Below, one piece after another: positions 63,189 to 64,000 of a stretch of DNA of 64,000 nt. The position numbers and the translations under genes were made by a program. Under the pieces are notes generated by a model. The model had not been told where the DNA came from. It was given only the letters and a program-made list of their open reading frames with translations, and searched no databases. Position 1 is the first letter of the stretch. The number at the start of each line of letters is the position of its first letter. Source of the DNA: an uncultured delta proteobacterium (lineage in GTDB: Bacteria > Desulfobacterota > Binatia > UBA9968); contig CAWJZV010000042.1 of assembly GCA_963847445.1 (NCBI GenBank), forward strand, positions 96,001-160,000. The letters are read 5' to 3'.

Positions 63189-64000
63189 ATGAAGCTTGTG
63201 GGATTCTTCCTATCGCTCGCCTTGGAATTTTGGCTCGGGCTAACGTCTGTCCAGGCCGCGCAGGTCGCGGAGTTGGAGAAGCTCAACGTCTGCTATTCGT
63301 CCATCGCCGCCACGTCGATCACCACGTGGGTGCCGCAGGAAGCCGGCATCTTCAAAAAACACGGCCTCGATGTCAGCGTCATTTATGTCGCCGGCGCGCA
63401 GGCGATCACGACCTTGCTTTCGGGTGACGCGCATATCGTCCAAGGTTCCGGCGCGGCGGCGGCGCTGTCGCGGCTGTCCGGTTCGGATGCGATCACCATC
63501 GGCACGACCATCAACGTCATACCCATGAGCTTGGTGACCACTCCGGATATCGCGACGGCGCAGGATTTGAAAGGCAAGACCTTTGGCGTCAGCCGCTTCG
63601 GTTCGCTGACCGATCTGGGTTTGCGCAAGGCGGTGGCGGAGTTCGGTCTCGACCCAAACAAAGACATCAAGATGATTCAAACCGGCGGCGTGCCGGAGAT
63701 CTTGCTCTTCATGCAGCAGGGCGTGATCAAAGGCGGGTTAATCTCGTCGCCGACCTTGGAGAAGGCCAAGGAAGCGGGCTACAGGGAATTCTTGAATTTG
63801 AGCGAAGTGAAGTTTCGCTACCCTGGCACCGCGCTGGTGACGACCGATGCGTTCATTCGCAACCGGCCACAGACGCTTAACCGCTTTCTCAAAGCTACCC
63901 TCGAAGGCATCAAGTACGCCAAGGCCAACCCCGATTTTACCGTGCGCGTGCTCGGCAAATACACGCGTAACACAGACACCAAGCTGCTAATGAGCGCCTT
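63189..64000 (+). CDS. ABC SBP, NMT1/SsuA-like; signal indel; runs off the window end
   Basis: EAGIFKKHGLDV, DLKGKTFGVSRFGS, GLDPNKDI. Confidence 0.85.
   Translation, partial: MKLVGFFLSLALEFWLGLTSVQAAQVAELEKLNVCYSSIAATSITTWVPQEAGIFKKHGLDVSVIYVAGAQAITTLLSGDAHIVQGSGAAAALSRLSGSDAITIGTTINVIPMSLVTTPDIATAQDLKGKTFGVSRFGSLTDLGLRKAVAEFGLDPNKDIKMIQTGGVPEILLFMQQGVIKGGLISSPTLEKAKEAGYREFLNLSEVKFRYPGTALVTTDAFIRNRPQTLNRFLKATLEGIKYAKANPDFTVRVLGKYTRNTDTKLLMSA

Overview
High-GC bacterial chromosomal window. The gene-family expansions and intergenic repeats resemble soil Candidatus Binatia/Deltaproteobacteria, which is an inference. It holds about 60 genes: 14 NMT1/SsuA-like substrate-binding proteins (SBPs) with no permease or ATPase, 4 amidohydrolases, tctC plus tcuAB, a Rieske/aldolase/decarboxylase aromatic cluster, a protease-MoxR-DUF58-VWA operon and an ilvB with an intact Val-rich attenuator. 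About 20 genes are split by 1-nt indels, most likely long-read errors. Main discovery: at 37736-42330 the 3' tail of an amidohydrolase gene occurs as one intact copy plus three increasingly decayed direct-repeat copies. Each pair of copies brackets a small cargo (toxin-antitoxin pair; sigma54 lipoprotein; ilvB), and no integrase is visible. A similar tail-cargo-tail structure built from a COG2984 SBP tail brackets a decayed mazEF at 19732-20733. Also found: an AhpD/CMD selenoprotein (CPYU, in-frame TGA, SECIS-like hairpin), a sigma54-driven small protein with classical C2H2 zinc-finger spacing, and candidate structured RNAs. All calls are by eye from motifs; no searches were run.
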